A DNA stretch of 58,792 nt from Chiloscyllium plagiosum (Eukaryota), in the NCBI RefSeq assembly GCF_004010195.1, contig NC_057719.1, positions 75,532,866 to 75,591,657 of the forward strand, in the 5' to 3' direction. The notes below the pieces were generated by a model. It searched no databases and was not told the DNA's origin. It saw only the letters and a program-made list of their open reading frames with translations. Made by a program: the position numbers and the translations under genes. Numbering within the stretch: position 1 is the first letter of the stretch; each line of letters opens with the position of its first letter. This document shows positions 38,736-51,066 of the stretch, piece by piece.

Positions 38736-39094
38736 GTATCCCATTTGGTTCTCTAAGGGAGGCCTGACAGCGCTAAATGTCCTTCAGACACATAAAGGGT
38801 CACCATTGGGTCATTTCCTGGGATTGAGGACCTTGCAGTCGAAATCCTGCCCATCAGGCGTTGTTGGCGAATCAGCAGCTCCCGTTTGTTCCTCAGCGCC
38901 AGTGCAGTCATCGGAGGTGGAGGCTTGCCAAGGGAGACTGCGGTTCTGGGTTGTACGAGAGCAGAGAGCAGATGGGTCAGAGGCAACAGGGATTGGCGCC
39001 TGTTATCAACCACGCCTTTCCCCATCCATCCCCTTATGAAGGGGGGAGGGTCACTGATCAGGCACATAGTCCCTAATACAAAGGATACCCTCTG

Positions 39095-39305
39095 GGAGGC
39101 TGTTCACGTGTGGAATGAACTGCCAGAGGAAGTGGTGGAGGCAGGTACAGTTATAACATTTAAAGGACATTTCGATAAGTTCATAAATAGCAAGGGTTTG
39201 GAGGGATATGAGCCGGAAGCCGGTGGGACTAGTTTAATTTGCAAACACGGTCAGCGTGGACTATCAGACTGAAGGGCCTGTTTCCATGCTGTATGACTCT
39301 ATGAC
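39095..39305 (+). mobile_element. CR1 extreme 3' end
   Basis: VWNELPEEVVEAG; tail gaagggcctgtttccatgctgtatgactctatga. Confidence 0.85.
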
Positions 39306-40604
39306 AGAAGCTGAGCAGGAAAGCTCACGTAAGCTGCATTGTGGTGGGCTCAGCGATAATCACTGCCAGTTCCCTCATTAATGAGCATTGTTGACACCTT
39401 GCTGTTGCCAACAGCAATGTGCACGTTCATCTCTGATTCCCTCTGACCTAACTGGGAAAGACTTTACCCTCATTGGGAGATTGGCACCCATCGTCCCTAT
39501 GAATAAGTGGCTCCTGCCAGCAGGGATCCTGTTGCGAGGGGCTGCTTTTAATCTCGGACCTAGTTGATCAAGTTGACCCTCCATTTGTAAGGTGGAGCAT
39601 TCCTTTCTTTGTTGATGACCCCGGACGAAAACCTCTAGTGTGGGGAACAAGCAATCAATATAAGAGACATTAGGCACACATTAGCAGATTCCATGTTTAG
39701 TTTTTAAAACAGAATGAACAGTAGAAGAAAGGAAAATTTGTGGTAACCCCCCGCCCGCCCCACACGATTAAAATGTTCCGAAAGATTAAGAGATGACAGA
39801 TTGAGTCTCGACTCGAACATGAAGTATGGAGGCCATTTGTGCATTCCAAATACATAGAACAGAAAACTTCAGACAATCTCACAGCAAAGCAGTCCCACCT
39901 CTCACCTTGAGAAGAGCAAAATTCACTGGCTTATTAGAAGTCAAGTTGTAAAATGTATTTTCGCGACCCCCAGCAAGTACAGTCATGCTGCTTTCCTCTG
40001 ACAGACTGACACTCCCGCTGCTTTGGGCATCCCAGGACGTTGCCTCCAGCCTGATTACTAACTGGAACACTGTTGCCTACAGCTCTCCATTCCTCATTAC
40101 GTTCAGAGAGTTCGGCAGTGACTATTGCTTCAGTCTAGCTGCTGCAGGACACAATTAGCTGGCAACTGACTGGTGCTGTAGTGAGCAGTTCTGGAGTATC
40201 TGTACTCAATTAAACAGACAAAAGTGTTGTCACTATGACAGATGGTATAAGCTGTGTGCACAAACAACCCTTCATAACACATTCACTGTCAATCTCCAGG
40301 GCTCTCCTATTTTAAGGCAATCTGAGAAGGATGTCTAAAGCGAATCTGAAAGGAGTAGGATTCAGAAGGGAGGTGAATAAAATAATGGCTCGGTGGATGC
40401 CTGACTTGGGACTGAACAAAACTTCAGGAGAAAGTGGAGGTCTTTGCAGAGAATGACCTAGAGGGTAAGATGTTGCCAACACAATCCTAATGGAGGTATA
40501 AGATAGGATGAATTTTCATTTTAGAGAACTGTTGGTGAGACTGGAACAAATTATCTGGTCAGGGCCAGGCTTACCCCAGAATTCAGAACTGTTGAACAAA
40601 TACT

Positions 40605-40686
40605 CGACCCAAAACGTTAACTCGGATTTCTCTCCATAGATGCTGCCAGATCTGCTGAACTTTTCCAGCAATTTCTGTTTTTGTAC
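40605..40686 (+). mobile_element. PLE family C 3' fragment
   Basis: gacccaaaacgttaactc...agatgctgccagatctgctgaacttttccagc. Confidence 0.55.
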
Positions 40687-40914
40687 CAGAATTCAGGCCT
40701 CTGGTGCTGGAGATCTGGCCCACCAAGTCTGCATTGCTGACCAATCAGAGACCAGCAAGTCTCCATTGCCAACCAATCAGAGGCCAGCAAGTCAACCAGT
40801 CAGAGGGCAGCAAGTCTCCATTGCTATCCAAGTCAGTTGGCTCATTAAGTGCCTAATTGACATTTTGCCATGCATGGAATGTTTCCTGAAATTAGATCAT
40901 TCCCACTTCCATTT

Positions 40915-41755
40915 TGTGACAGTGCTGTGGCTTTATGAGGTCTGTCTTGTCCTGGATTATTTTAGAAAGAGAGAGATTGGGGGACACGTGCTGATGAGAG
41001 GTTAAGTAACTTGTGATTTTTTTTAAAACCTGGAACAATAGAAGTACCTTAAATCAGTGTGGTCAAACTCCCACCCACAGAACCAGGAAGTTTTAGTTTT
41101 CAGTAGCTGTTACCATTGGGATTTTGAAGAAGTGGAAGATTTTTTTTCCTTCTCTTGATTACAGCCAAAAACTGAGGGTTCTCTTCCTGGAATGTTGGAT
41201 TGCACGTGAGACCAACCTGTTTTCTGAATTTGCCTTTTGCCAAGGATGTGCTTATGGGATCTTACTATGTTGGAATAGTTAATTAGTAATAGTTACTGTA
41301 TCTATTATTTTGTTAAGTTTTCCAATAGAGGTAAGTTATTCCAAATTCTTTGTCCGTTGTATTTTAACTGTCGTGTTTGAATAAATTGTGTTTTGTTTAA
41401 TGTCGAGTCATTGAACTCTGGGAGGAGAAAGTGAGGACTGCAGATGCGGAAGACCAGATTGGAAAGTGTGGTGCTGGAAAAGCACAGCAGGTCAGGCAGC
41501 ATCCAAGGAGCAGGAGAGTCGACGTTTCGGGCATAAGCCCTTCATCATCCCTTCCTGAAGGGCTTGTGCCTGAAGTATTGATTCTCCTGCTCCTCAGATG
41601 CTGCCTGACCAGCTGTACTTTTTCAGCACCACACGCTCAACTCCGAAATTACATCTGGGACACAGCACCTGACACCTACCTTTAAAATAAGAAAAAGTTA
41701 CGGTCTAGGTTATCTTCCTAATATATTTTTAGGGGATCTGGTCAGGTCCATAAGA
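40915..41755 (+). mobile_element. Possible solo LTR, interrupted by a PLE mini-element
   Basis: Starts TGTGAC, AATAAA at 41380 with a GT-rich downstream tract, ends ccataaga (CA end decayed); no clear TSD. Confidence 0.35.
41423..41646. mobile_element. Palindromic PLE family A mini-element
   Basis: 41423-41547 is largely the reverse complement of 41553-41646; degenerate hammerhead cores at the centre. Confidence 0.8.
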
Positions 41756-42641
41756 ATGGTAATTGCAGGCCTGGGTGTGGGGTGAGATTGCCTGCTATTG
41801 GGAAACTGAGGTGCTGCCTATTCCACAATTAAGTAGGTCTAGCTGTCATGTTTCCCCCTTCAACTTGCTACAAGAAATCCTGCCCATTGTGTGAGGTCTT
41901 GTACTGAAAACCTGGGACGACAATTCCTGGAAATGACATGTTCCTCTTTTATTCATTTGCTTTCCAAACATCTTATTGTTGAGTTTTGTGTAAGCATTTA
42001 GGACAAAGTCAACCTGAATTAAACAGTAGCATTTTGTCTTCTAACTGAAATTAACACATGGCAATTTAAACAGTGACTCAACTCCCCACCTAAAGAGAAG
42101 CAGGGATTCCTACCTGTGTAAACCAAAACTATTTTTTTCTTTTACTTGGAATGAGTTGTGGTGGGGGAAAAAGTGATTTTTATTTCTAAGCCCGTATCAC
42201 TTTGCAATTTCAGGCACTCCGTACAAAAATAATGCTGTATCTAATTGCCAAATCGCAAGACAACGTGAAAATAACCAAAACTGTTACAGAAAATGCTGGA
42301 ATCCACTCAACAGATCAGAAAAGATCCGTGCAGAAAGGAAAAAAAAACTTAGATGAATATATCAGGCCTATCATTCTTTGCTTGAGCGGATACTGTGTAT
42401 ATTTTTCCCTGCATTTTTAAAATTTGTCACTAACCTATGTTTTAAATCCACTATCTGCTTTCAGGGGAAACACACAAGAATTTTAAAAGCTTGTTTTCCT
42501 CCACTCCCTGTGTTCCAACAGGACTCCATAGCTATCTGAAGGTTAGCATCTGCTGGTTTCTGATGTCCAATCTAGGTTCACTGCAGATTGTCATGGAGTA
42601 TTGCTGGCAGTGACAGGTATTATTAGAGTGTGGAATGATCA

Positions 42642-42985
42642 ATGGAAGCAATGTCTAGCGGTATTATCACTGGACTGTTAACCCAGGGTAAAGTTCTGGG
42701 GAGCTAGGTTCGAATCCTGCTATGCAAATGATGGAAATGCAATTCAATAAATATCTGGAATTAAGAGTCTAATGATGATGGTTAATCCATTGTCAATTGT
42801 TGGAAAAGCTCATCTGGCTCACTAATGTCCTTTCGGAAAGGAGACTGCCATCCTACCTGGTCTGGCTGACATGTGACTCCAGACCCATGCGTTGACTCTT
42901 AACTGCCCTCTGGGTAATTGGGGATGGGCAATAAATGCTGCTGTAAGCCAGTGATGGTCTTATCTTGTGAATGCATAACAAAAAC
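42642..42985 (+). mobile_element. tRNA-derived SINE family 2
   Basis: B box ggttcgaatcc, core catctggctcactaatgtcc, tail gggatgggcaataaatgctg. Confidence 0.8.
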
Positions 42986-43130
42986 CTCACTTGGCAACAT
43001 TACATCCATAGGGAAGTTGTGCTTCTGATGAATAGTCACTGTGCGGAAAATGAGGAGAAGCTGTTGGACCTGAGACACCACTGACTGCAATATAGTCAAA
43101 GGCCAAATCTTTTTCTCTGTTTGTCTCCAG

Positions 43131-43139
43131 CAATCGTCG
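43131..43139 (+). other. Candidate 9-nt microexon (CAATCGTCG)
   Basis: Acceptor tctttttctctgtttgtctccag, donor gtatgt, downstream GCATG x3 and YCAY motifs, non-repetitive context. Confidence 0.45.
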
Positions 43140-43834
43140 GTATGTTTTTCACATCATCAGCATGCAGACACACATTCACATGGGAGAGAGTTAGCCCCAT
43201 CGGGTGCAGTTTGTTACTTTAAGGGGACAGTCCTGCAATTTGAATAAGCGTGTGGTTTTACCAGTGCTGGGTAGTACTGCGCCTCTGCCTCATGGTGCAG
43301 GCAGTACATGCATGTGATGGAAGACGTGACACAGCATGAACTCGTGAGATTGCAGCATAAAGAGATTTGAAGCCATTGGCAGGCCGAGTCCAGGATTCCC
43401 AGCTGTGTTATGAACTAGGAAGGCATCGACTGTGTAACTTCTACAGTACCTGAACCTTGAGGTCTTGTGGCTTGGCTAGACGGTCAGTGTGGGTGAGGTG
43501 TCGTTCAGGGATGTTTGTGGTGAGTTCTGGATGTTCTGCTGGCTGACTGATTCTAGCGTGGTGCATTATAGCACTGTGAGGCGCTGGGTGTGAGATGTAA
43601 TGTGTCAACATGTTCCCTCACCTTGAGTAAGGTTATTAAATCTTGGAAATTAACCAACTTTTCACAAACACCCACTCTCTTTTCAGATGCTTATTCTCAA
43701 TTACTCCCTTTCCCCATCCCATCAACCACCCTTTCCAGTGGAAACATGGTGTTTTTCCAAATGTGGAGCTTTCTAAGCTGGTTTGGGGGGGTGGTGGGGG
43801 AGCAGAGTCACTTAGGTGGGATGCTTTTTCCTTC

Positions 43835-44430
43835 AAACTATAGATTGCTGGTGAGGTCACACGTGGAAGACTGTACACAGTTTTGATCTCCTACCTTGTA
43901 CAGTTTTGGCCTCCTTACTTGAGAGAGGATGTACTGATACTAGAGGGGGTGCAGAGGAAGTTCACTACCTTGGTCTCAGAGTTGAGAGGGTTGGCTTATG
44001 AGGAGAGATTGAGTGGACAGGGACTATACTAATTGGATTTTAGAATGAGGGGAGCTTTTATAGAAACATACAAAATGATGAAGGAAATGGATAAGATAGA
44101 AGTAGGGAGGACGTTTCAACCAGTGGGTGAAACTAGAATTAGGGGGAAGAGCTTCAAAATAGGGGGAACAGATTTAGGATTGAGTTGAGGAAGAACTTCT
44201 TCACCCAAACGGTTGTGAATCTGTGGAATTCCCTGCCCAGTGAGGCAGTTGAGGCTACCTCATTGAATGTTTTTCAGGCAAAGATAGATTTTCTTTGAAC
44301 AGTTAAAGGAATTAAAGGTTATGGTGAGAGGACGAGGAAGTGGAACTGAGGCCCCAAAAAGATCATATTGAATGTGGGAGCAGGCTCGATGGGCCAGATG
44401 GCCTACTCCTGCTCCTAGTTCTTATGTAAA
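43835..44430 (+). mobile_element. CR1 3' fragment
   Basis: LVRSHVEDCTQF, NFFTQTVVNLWNSLP; tail gatggcctactcctgctcctagttcttatg. Confidence 0.85.
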
Positions 44431-45749
44431 GTGATGTGCTATCTTCTTTCACCCTCAGTGCTCCAAAGGGATAACCCAGAAGTGTGGGCTGCAGCACTCT
44501 TCACATCTGTAGGGACTATGCTTTCAAATGAAAGGCTGTCTGCAGCATATATTTTCTCAGATTTGTCACATGGTTCTTTATGGTGAACAGAGGCAGCCCG
44601 TTTGAATCCCAGAGAGTATGGGAGTCGTTCAGGGCTTCACTACAGTCGGGGCAATGAGATGCGTGCTCTAATTTGCAGGAGTTTTTCAGAGTGCAGCTTT
44701 TAACCAGGAGCTCTGGGTTCGATTCCCACCCCAGGACTAACTGGGCCAGGAATGTGTGTTCATGAGGCAGTCAAATAGATTGAATAACAATTTAAGAATT
44801 CTTTCGACTGCCATTGCAACTCGAGGTCGTTATCGATATATTGAACTTTTAATTCCAACTTGTGTTTTTTTTAAAAGAGGTGTGCTACACCCAAAGACTC
44901 TCCTCTAATCTTGACATCTTAGAATGTAGACTGGGGTGCTGTGAAGGTCACAGTTGGAGAACAGCCATTAACCACCTCTGCACTGCAGGTAAAGGAAGGG
45001 AAAAGACAACCTTTCCTTCAGAGTTACTAGCTCACCACCTTCAAGAGAAGCTAGGCACAGAAATTTCAACAAACCTGTAAAACCGAAAGACTCAAAATCA
45101 CCTACTCAACCAGCAATGACAATGCCGCTGGTACCATCCAATGTAATGTCTGTAATGCTTTGCGATCTAGTCTTCACGAACAACTCGGATTGAAATGAAT
45201 ATCTTTTTAAAACCTGTTTTCTGTACTCACATTCGGGTTAGGAACAAAACGTTATTATTTCTGCTCACACTTAGTAACAAATAACTAACTCTTTTATTAA
45301 CTCAAGAAATTCTGGTTAAATTGGCTCTTTTTAATTCATTTGGGTGTGAGGGAATGGGAAGATATGCTTTTTTAAAATAACCTTGTTGTGACCAGCCGAA
45401 AGGGTGGGCAAAATGAAGGTAACCAGGTTAAATACACCTGTCAATGGCAGGCAGTAAGAGTGGGATAGATTCCTCATGTGCCATGTGATAGAAAGAACAT
45501 TAGGGCCTCAAATATGACTATCCATTGCTTCAAGCTGAAACATCCACAAAAGGGCATTTTGCCATAGGAACCCAGACTCCTTAAGTGATCTATAACCGTA
45601 AGCACTTTAGCTATCACCTCATCTTTAACAAATGCAGGCAGCCTTTGAATAACACAACACGGGGCCCAAAATTGGGAGAAACATTTTTCAAACCCTTGAA
45701 GCTAAAAAATAAAAATGTTTAAATCGAATGCAATTATTATGGAGAATAT

Positions 45750-46068
45750 CGGTGGCTCAGTGGTCAGCACTGCAGCTTCACAATGTCAGCGACCTGGGTT
45801 CGATTCCAGCCTTGGGTTACTGCGTGCATAGGTGTGGAGTTGTGTCTGTGTAGGTTTCCTCCGGGTGCTCCGGTTTCCTCCCACAGTCCAAAAATGTGCA
45901 ACTTGCGTGGATTGGCCATGCTAAATTGCCTGTAGCATCCAGGGATTTTGTAGGTTAGGTCGATTTAGCCATGGGCAATTTGGGTTACAGGTGGGTCTGG
46001 GTTGGATGCTAATTTGGAGGGTCAGGATGAGCCGAATGGTCTGCTTCTGCACTGCAGGGATTCTATGA
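45750..46068 (+). mobile_element. HE1-like V-SINE
   Basis: ggtggctcagtggtcagc...ggttcgattcc...gggtgctccggtttcctcccacagtcc. Confidence 0.85.
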
Positions 46069-46361
46069 ATGACAGAGGCAGGACCAGTGGATTTACAGAG
46101 GAAGAACAGTATGATGAATCTGATTCACGGGCAGACTGAGTGAGATTGTGTTATAGATGGTGAAAGAGGGAAAACAGAAGAGATTAAGTTCATGAAGCAG
46201 CTGTGGTTAAACGAACAAGACAATTTCTATTATTTGTGGTTGATGAAACCTTGGTGTCATTGACTTCTTAAAAAGTTTGATATTCTCTATTTGTCCAAGA
46301 ATATATGTGGAAGTTATCCAAATTGGGGAAGACCGACAGAAAATACAATTAAAATTAAACA

Positions 46362-46473
46362 CCGTGGATACTGGATTTGTGAAATAAAAGCAGAAAATGC
46401 CGCGGCAGGTGTGGCCCAATGCATGGCGAGTGAAACAGAGTTAACGTTTCGAGTTTGTTGACTTCTTCACAAC
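46362..46473 (-). mobile_element. PLE family C 3' end with decayed hammerhead core
   Basis: Reverse complement gttGTGAAGAagtcaacaaactcGAAACGTTaactctg. Confidence 0.5.
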
Positions 46474-46722
46474 ATAGTCACTGGAATTACAGTTGGATTT
46501 TTAATTTCTTTTTTACAAAGACAGTTCAGGCCAAGAAAATCCTATTGTATGTAACAGGTTTCAAATAACAATAATAATGTACTGCATGCATTGAGATATA
46601 CTGGCCCAATTTAGAATTTTGATTTCAAGGTTGTTTTACAGAATAATCTTCAGTGTGGCTTAAATCAGGACACTGAAGGCATTGTGTGGATGGCTTCTTG
46701 GACTTGATGGTGATGTTCATGG

Positions 46723-47050
46723 TTAGACTAGATTAGATTACATTAGATTACATTACAGTGTGGAAACAGGCCCTTCGGCCCAACAAGTCCACACCGACCC
46801 GCTGAAGCGCAACCCACCCAAACCCCTATATTTACCCATTACCTAACACTACGGGCAATTTAACATGGTCAATTCACCTGACCTACACATCTTTGGATTG
46901 TGGGAGGAAACTGGAGCACCCGGAGGAAACCCACGCAGACACGGGGAGAACGTGCAAACTCCACACAGTCAGTCGCCTGAGGTGGGAATTGAACCCGGGT
47001 CTCTGGCGCTGTGAGGCAGCAGTGCTAACCACTGTGCCACCGTGCCGCCC
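46723..47050 (-). mobile_element. HE1-like V-SINE, young copy
   Basis: Near-consensus, CpG-rich; (tagat/tacat)n tail. Confidence 0.9.
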
Positions 47051-48101
47051 ATGGAGATGAATAGCAATGAGCCTGATAAAATTCAATACACAGTGTGGAG
47101 ATATGCACCCAATGAACTTAGTGAGATTTTGTATTTTTCTTAACAATCTTACTTTTCATAACAATTAAGGGTGAGCCTGCCGAACCAAATATTTGCAAAA
47201 TAAAAATACAAATTTATAACTGTCTAAAACTAAGGTCACAACCATACCGGGAATGAATCCACTGCATAGACTTGATGTCCTTCCCCTCAGCTGTAATCAC
47301 CTACAGACCAAAATAAAATGCCTATACTTTTGGGAATTCAGCTGAAAGATTAGTGACGTACAGATCAGTGGATGGGAATCGCACCTCATGGCTATGATGC
47401 AGCCAGGAGATGGGAGTACAGACAACCATGCAGGAATACAGATACACGGAGTTTGACAAAAATACAAACCATGATGTTCCAAAGTTGTGCTAAAATATGG
47501 GTTGGGGATCCGCACTGCTTAGGGAAAAGCCATGGTGATTTTTTTCCCAAAATATTAAACTAGTGGGCAGAGGGTAAGAATTCCATTCAACTTAAGCCGC
47601 TGAACCTTGAGGGATGGTAGATGGGTGACTCTTGCAGGTATGTGAGATCAAGGACACCTCCAAAATGGAGGCATCATCCCTTTAGCATTAGAATTTAAAA
47701 TAAAGTGACCTTTGCATCTGTGGGATGGAGCAGCCCCTGCCCAGGATACTGATGGAGAGCACACCTAGACAACTACCCTGACCTCTGTCTGCCCTCTCTG
47801 TGGAGCTGCCTGCACGGGCTCCCATTCAGGTTCTGCCTGCTGGCCAACAGTGGGAAATACTGAGGCTAAAATCTCTCCCCTCGGAGACACAAATCCACAT
47901 ATATATGTGCACAGACAGTGTGGAATGGAAATATAGACACATAGTCAGAAATGGAGTGTGCGCGCACACACACACAGACACACACACACATGCACACTAT
48001 TTTCATCCTCAATTTGGTTTGCAGGAATCAGAAACCTTCCTGGCTTTGTGTGCTTACCACTGCAGAAACTGTCTTTGGAGATACATTTTCAGAGTTACAT
48101 A

Positions 48102-48312
48102 CAGGTCATTCTGCTATAGCACGTGTTTCATTAACTTGAATTCGATTGACGAATTGGGTTCACTGTTTCTGAAGCACAAACTTTTTGAACATATGTTGGC
48201 TGTAACATGGTTGCATCGCCAAGACTTTAAGCGCTGTTTCTAAAGTGTGATTTTTCTATAGTGCGGACGGTTGCACAAGAATGCAACCATCATGTTGTAG
48301 AAGAACCACCTG
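48102..48312. mobile_element. Tc1/mariner-pogo type MITE
   Basis: TA|CAGGTCATTCTGCTATAGCACG ... CATGTTGTAGAAGAACCACCTG|TA; imperfect 22-bp TIRs with TA duplication. Confidence 0.65.
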
Positions 48313-48839
48313 TATTTAATTAAAGTACAAAATCCCACAAGTGCATCTCTTCACATTGTCGACTTAACTTTATCAAGCGCATTGCTATTCATCTCCATGT
48401 CTAATCATGAACATGACCATCAAACCCAGTAGGTGGATTTGGGCCACCACCAGGCTGGTCGACCCTGGGAAATGTTAGTGTGCATCTGTTGGGTGCCGTG
48501 GGGGTGGGCTGCTTAAAATGTTCACCTTGATGCTGTGGAGCTTCATTCCAGTTGCATTAGGAGCAAGCCTTGATGCCCTCACACTTCCCTTGCCCTTGCT
48601 ATGCTATCTCATGCTGCCCTCATGCCAAGACAATGTACTTCTGTGCCCATTCACCCAGAAGCAAAGAATCCTGGAGTGACAAGTGGAAGGATGGAAAAAA
48701 AATTGTAAATGACTGATTTGCAACTTTTCATGTTAACAAAAAATCCCTTCCTACCTCAGGTTAAGAAAGGTTCAATTGTAAAGCGATTTTTACATTGCTG
48801 TTGTATAAAGCATTAGTTCTGAAGGAGTTAATGGTTATC

Positions 48840-49178
48840 GCCTCCACCACTGGTGCTCAGATACACTGCACAAATACACCAAAGTTCTTCCGACCACTAC
48901 CAGAAGCATAAGGGCTGCAGATACATGGGAACCACCACCTATAATTTTCCCTCCAAACCATTCACCATTCTGACTTGGAAATTTAGTCACCATTACTTCA
49001 CTGTCACTGGGTCAAAATCCTGGAACGCCCTCCCTCAGGGCATTGTGGGTCTAGCTACATGGACTGCAGCAGTTCAAGAAGGCAGCTCACCATCACCTTC
49101 TCAAGGGCAACTAGGGATGGACAATAGATCCTGGCTCAGCCAGCGATACCCATCTCCCCTGAATGAATAAAAAAAAGT
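48840..49178 (+). mobile_element. LINE 3' end, partner tail of SINE family 2
   Basis: GSKSWNALP...; tail gggcaactagggatggacaat...gaatgaataaaaaaaa; a minus-strand fragment also lies at about 14795-14915. Confidence 0.7.
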
Positions 49179-49849
49179 TGAAAGCTTATTTTTAATGAAT
49201 GAATGAATCCATTCATATATGCATCTTGTGAATGAATGAAAAGAAGTTCAAATAATTGAAATTGTAAGGCACTTGAAGCCACTCGTGTTGTGTTAATAAA
49301 TGTTGTGGAATTGATAGAAATCAGATAGCCAGAGGTATTAATCAAGCAGGGGCACAACCTTCTAATAACCTCACCGTGTGTTTTCAGTTGGGTGTTTGGC
49401 TGTAGAGGCACCCAACCTTCATATGGGGCTCATGAGATGCCATGGAAGTAGTTTGGAGGGCATACTTTGATATGGGGATGGCATGACGAAGAACCTTTCG
49501 AGCTCAGCTTTTAAAACAGCATCCTTATATAAAGTATAGTTTATATGACCTTTAAAAAGCTAGTGCAACACCATGTAAATAGCAAGAAATAAATGTTGTG
49601 GCCAGGTTGGTATGGACTGACAACTCGGAGCAGTACATTTGTAAAAGGCTCTGGTGAAAATCAGGATGTCCAGGAACAGAGTCGGGAATCCAGGAATCCA
49701 TTCATGTCTGCCATCTCTATAGAAATCCTGAGACAGCTGGACTTGACCACAATCTGGTCCATAGAAACTTAAATAGGACAAAATCAAATAATTAAGTAGA
49801 TCACATTCCTCTAACAATGACTCACAAACGATATATTTAGTTCAAGTGC

Positions 49850-50378
49850 TTAGAGTCACAGAGTCATAAAGGTGTACAGCACAGAAACAGACCCTTCGGT
49901 TCAACTTGTCCATGCCGACCAGATATCCTAAACTAATCTAGTCTGATTTGCCAGCACTTGGCCCATATCCCTCTAACCCTGCCTATTCCTATACCCATGC
50001 AGATGCCTTTAAAATGCTGTTATTGTACCAGCCTCCACCACTTCCTCTGGCAACTCATTCCATACGTGCATCACCCTCTGCGTGAATAGATTGCCCCTTA
50101 GGTCCCTTTTATATCTTTCCCCTCACACCTCAAACCTATACCCTTGAGCTTTGGACTCCCCAACCCTGGGAAAAAAAAGTCTTGTCTATTCACTGTATCT
50201 GTGCCCCTCATGATTTTATAAACCTCTGTAAGGTCACCCCTCAGCCTCCAATGCACCAGGGACAATACCCCAGCCTAATCAGCCTCTCACTGCAGCTTAA
50301 ATCCTCCAACCCTGGCAACGTCCTTGTAAATATTTTCTGAATTTTTTCAAGTTTCACAACATCCTTTCTATAGTTGGG
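49850..50378 (-). mobile_element. CR1 3' fragment
   Basis: Reverse complement of the CR1 tail and of the RMLPGLEDLS region. Confidence 0.88.
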
Positions 50379-50713
50379 ACAAATTAGTTTGTCCCTTTAT
50401 CTCTCCATCAGTCGCTGGATTAGATACTTGATTAATGTATATTAAGGCATATCATTTGCTCAGAGGAACAATATAAAGAAACAATCTAGGATTTCTTTTT
50501 GCAATGTAAAGCATTTCCTCTTCCTGGGGTCCTGGAATGCCACATTTTGTACAGTTTCAAACTTTGTAACATGTTTGCAGTAAGTGGGGAAGGGTTAATC
50601 TGATAAGTGCCTAGAACTGGATGGCGTTCACATCACCGCTGAGAGTCCATTCAGTCACACATAATTTCCTACACAGTTGGCCTCTTCACTTGTGAGGTCA
50701 TGCACTTTTTTTT

Positions 50714-51066
50714 TGATTAGTTTAGATTAAAATCCCTACAGTGTGGAAACAGGCCATTCAGCCCAACAAGTCCACACTGACCCTCTGAAGAGTAACCCAC
50801 CCAGACCCATTCCCCTGTCTTATATTTACCCTTTACTAATGCATCTAACCTCCACATCCCTGAACCCGATGGGCAATTCAGCATGGTCAATTCACCTAAG
50901 CTGCACATCTTTGGACTGTGGGAGGAAACCGGAGCAGCCGGAGGAAGCCCACATAGACATGGGGAGAATGTGTAAACTCCACATAGACAATCACCCGAGC
51001 AGGAATCAAACCCAGGTCCCTGGTGATGTGAGGTAGCAATGCTAACCATTGAGGCACCGTGGCGCC
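50714..51066 (-). mobile_element. HE1-like V-SINE
   Basis: gattagtttagatt tail, V-domain, tRNA head. Confidence 0.85.

Noticed and set aside
38734..39272. GC-rich overlapping ORFs of 70-128 aa
   Set aside because: No recognisable domain or splice sites; one runs into a CR1 tail; likely chance.
39612..39635. Hammerhead-like ttgatgaccccggacgaaa
   Set aside because: C3 absent, stem II at most 2 bp, no stems I or III.
44800..45460. Additional solo-LTR-like segments (also 1-240 and 1390-1720)
   Set aside because: The composition is suggestive, but I could not define TG...CA ends or TSDs.
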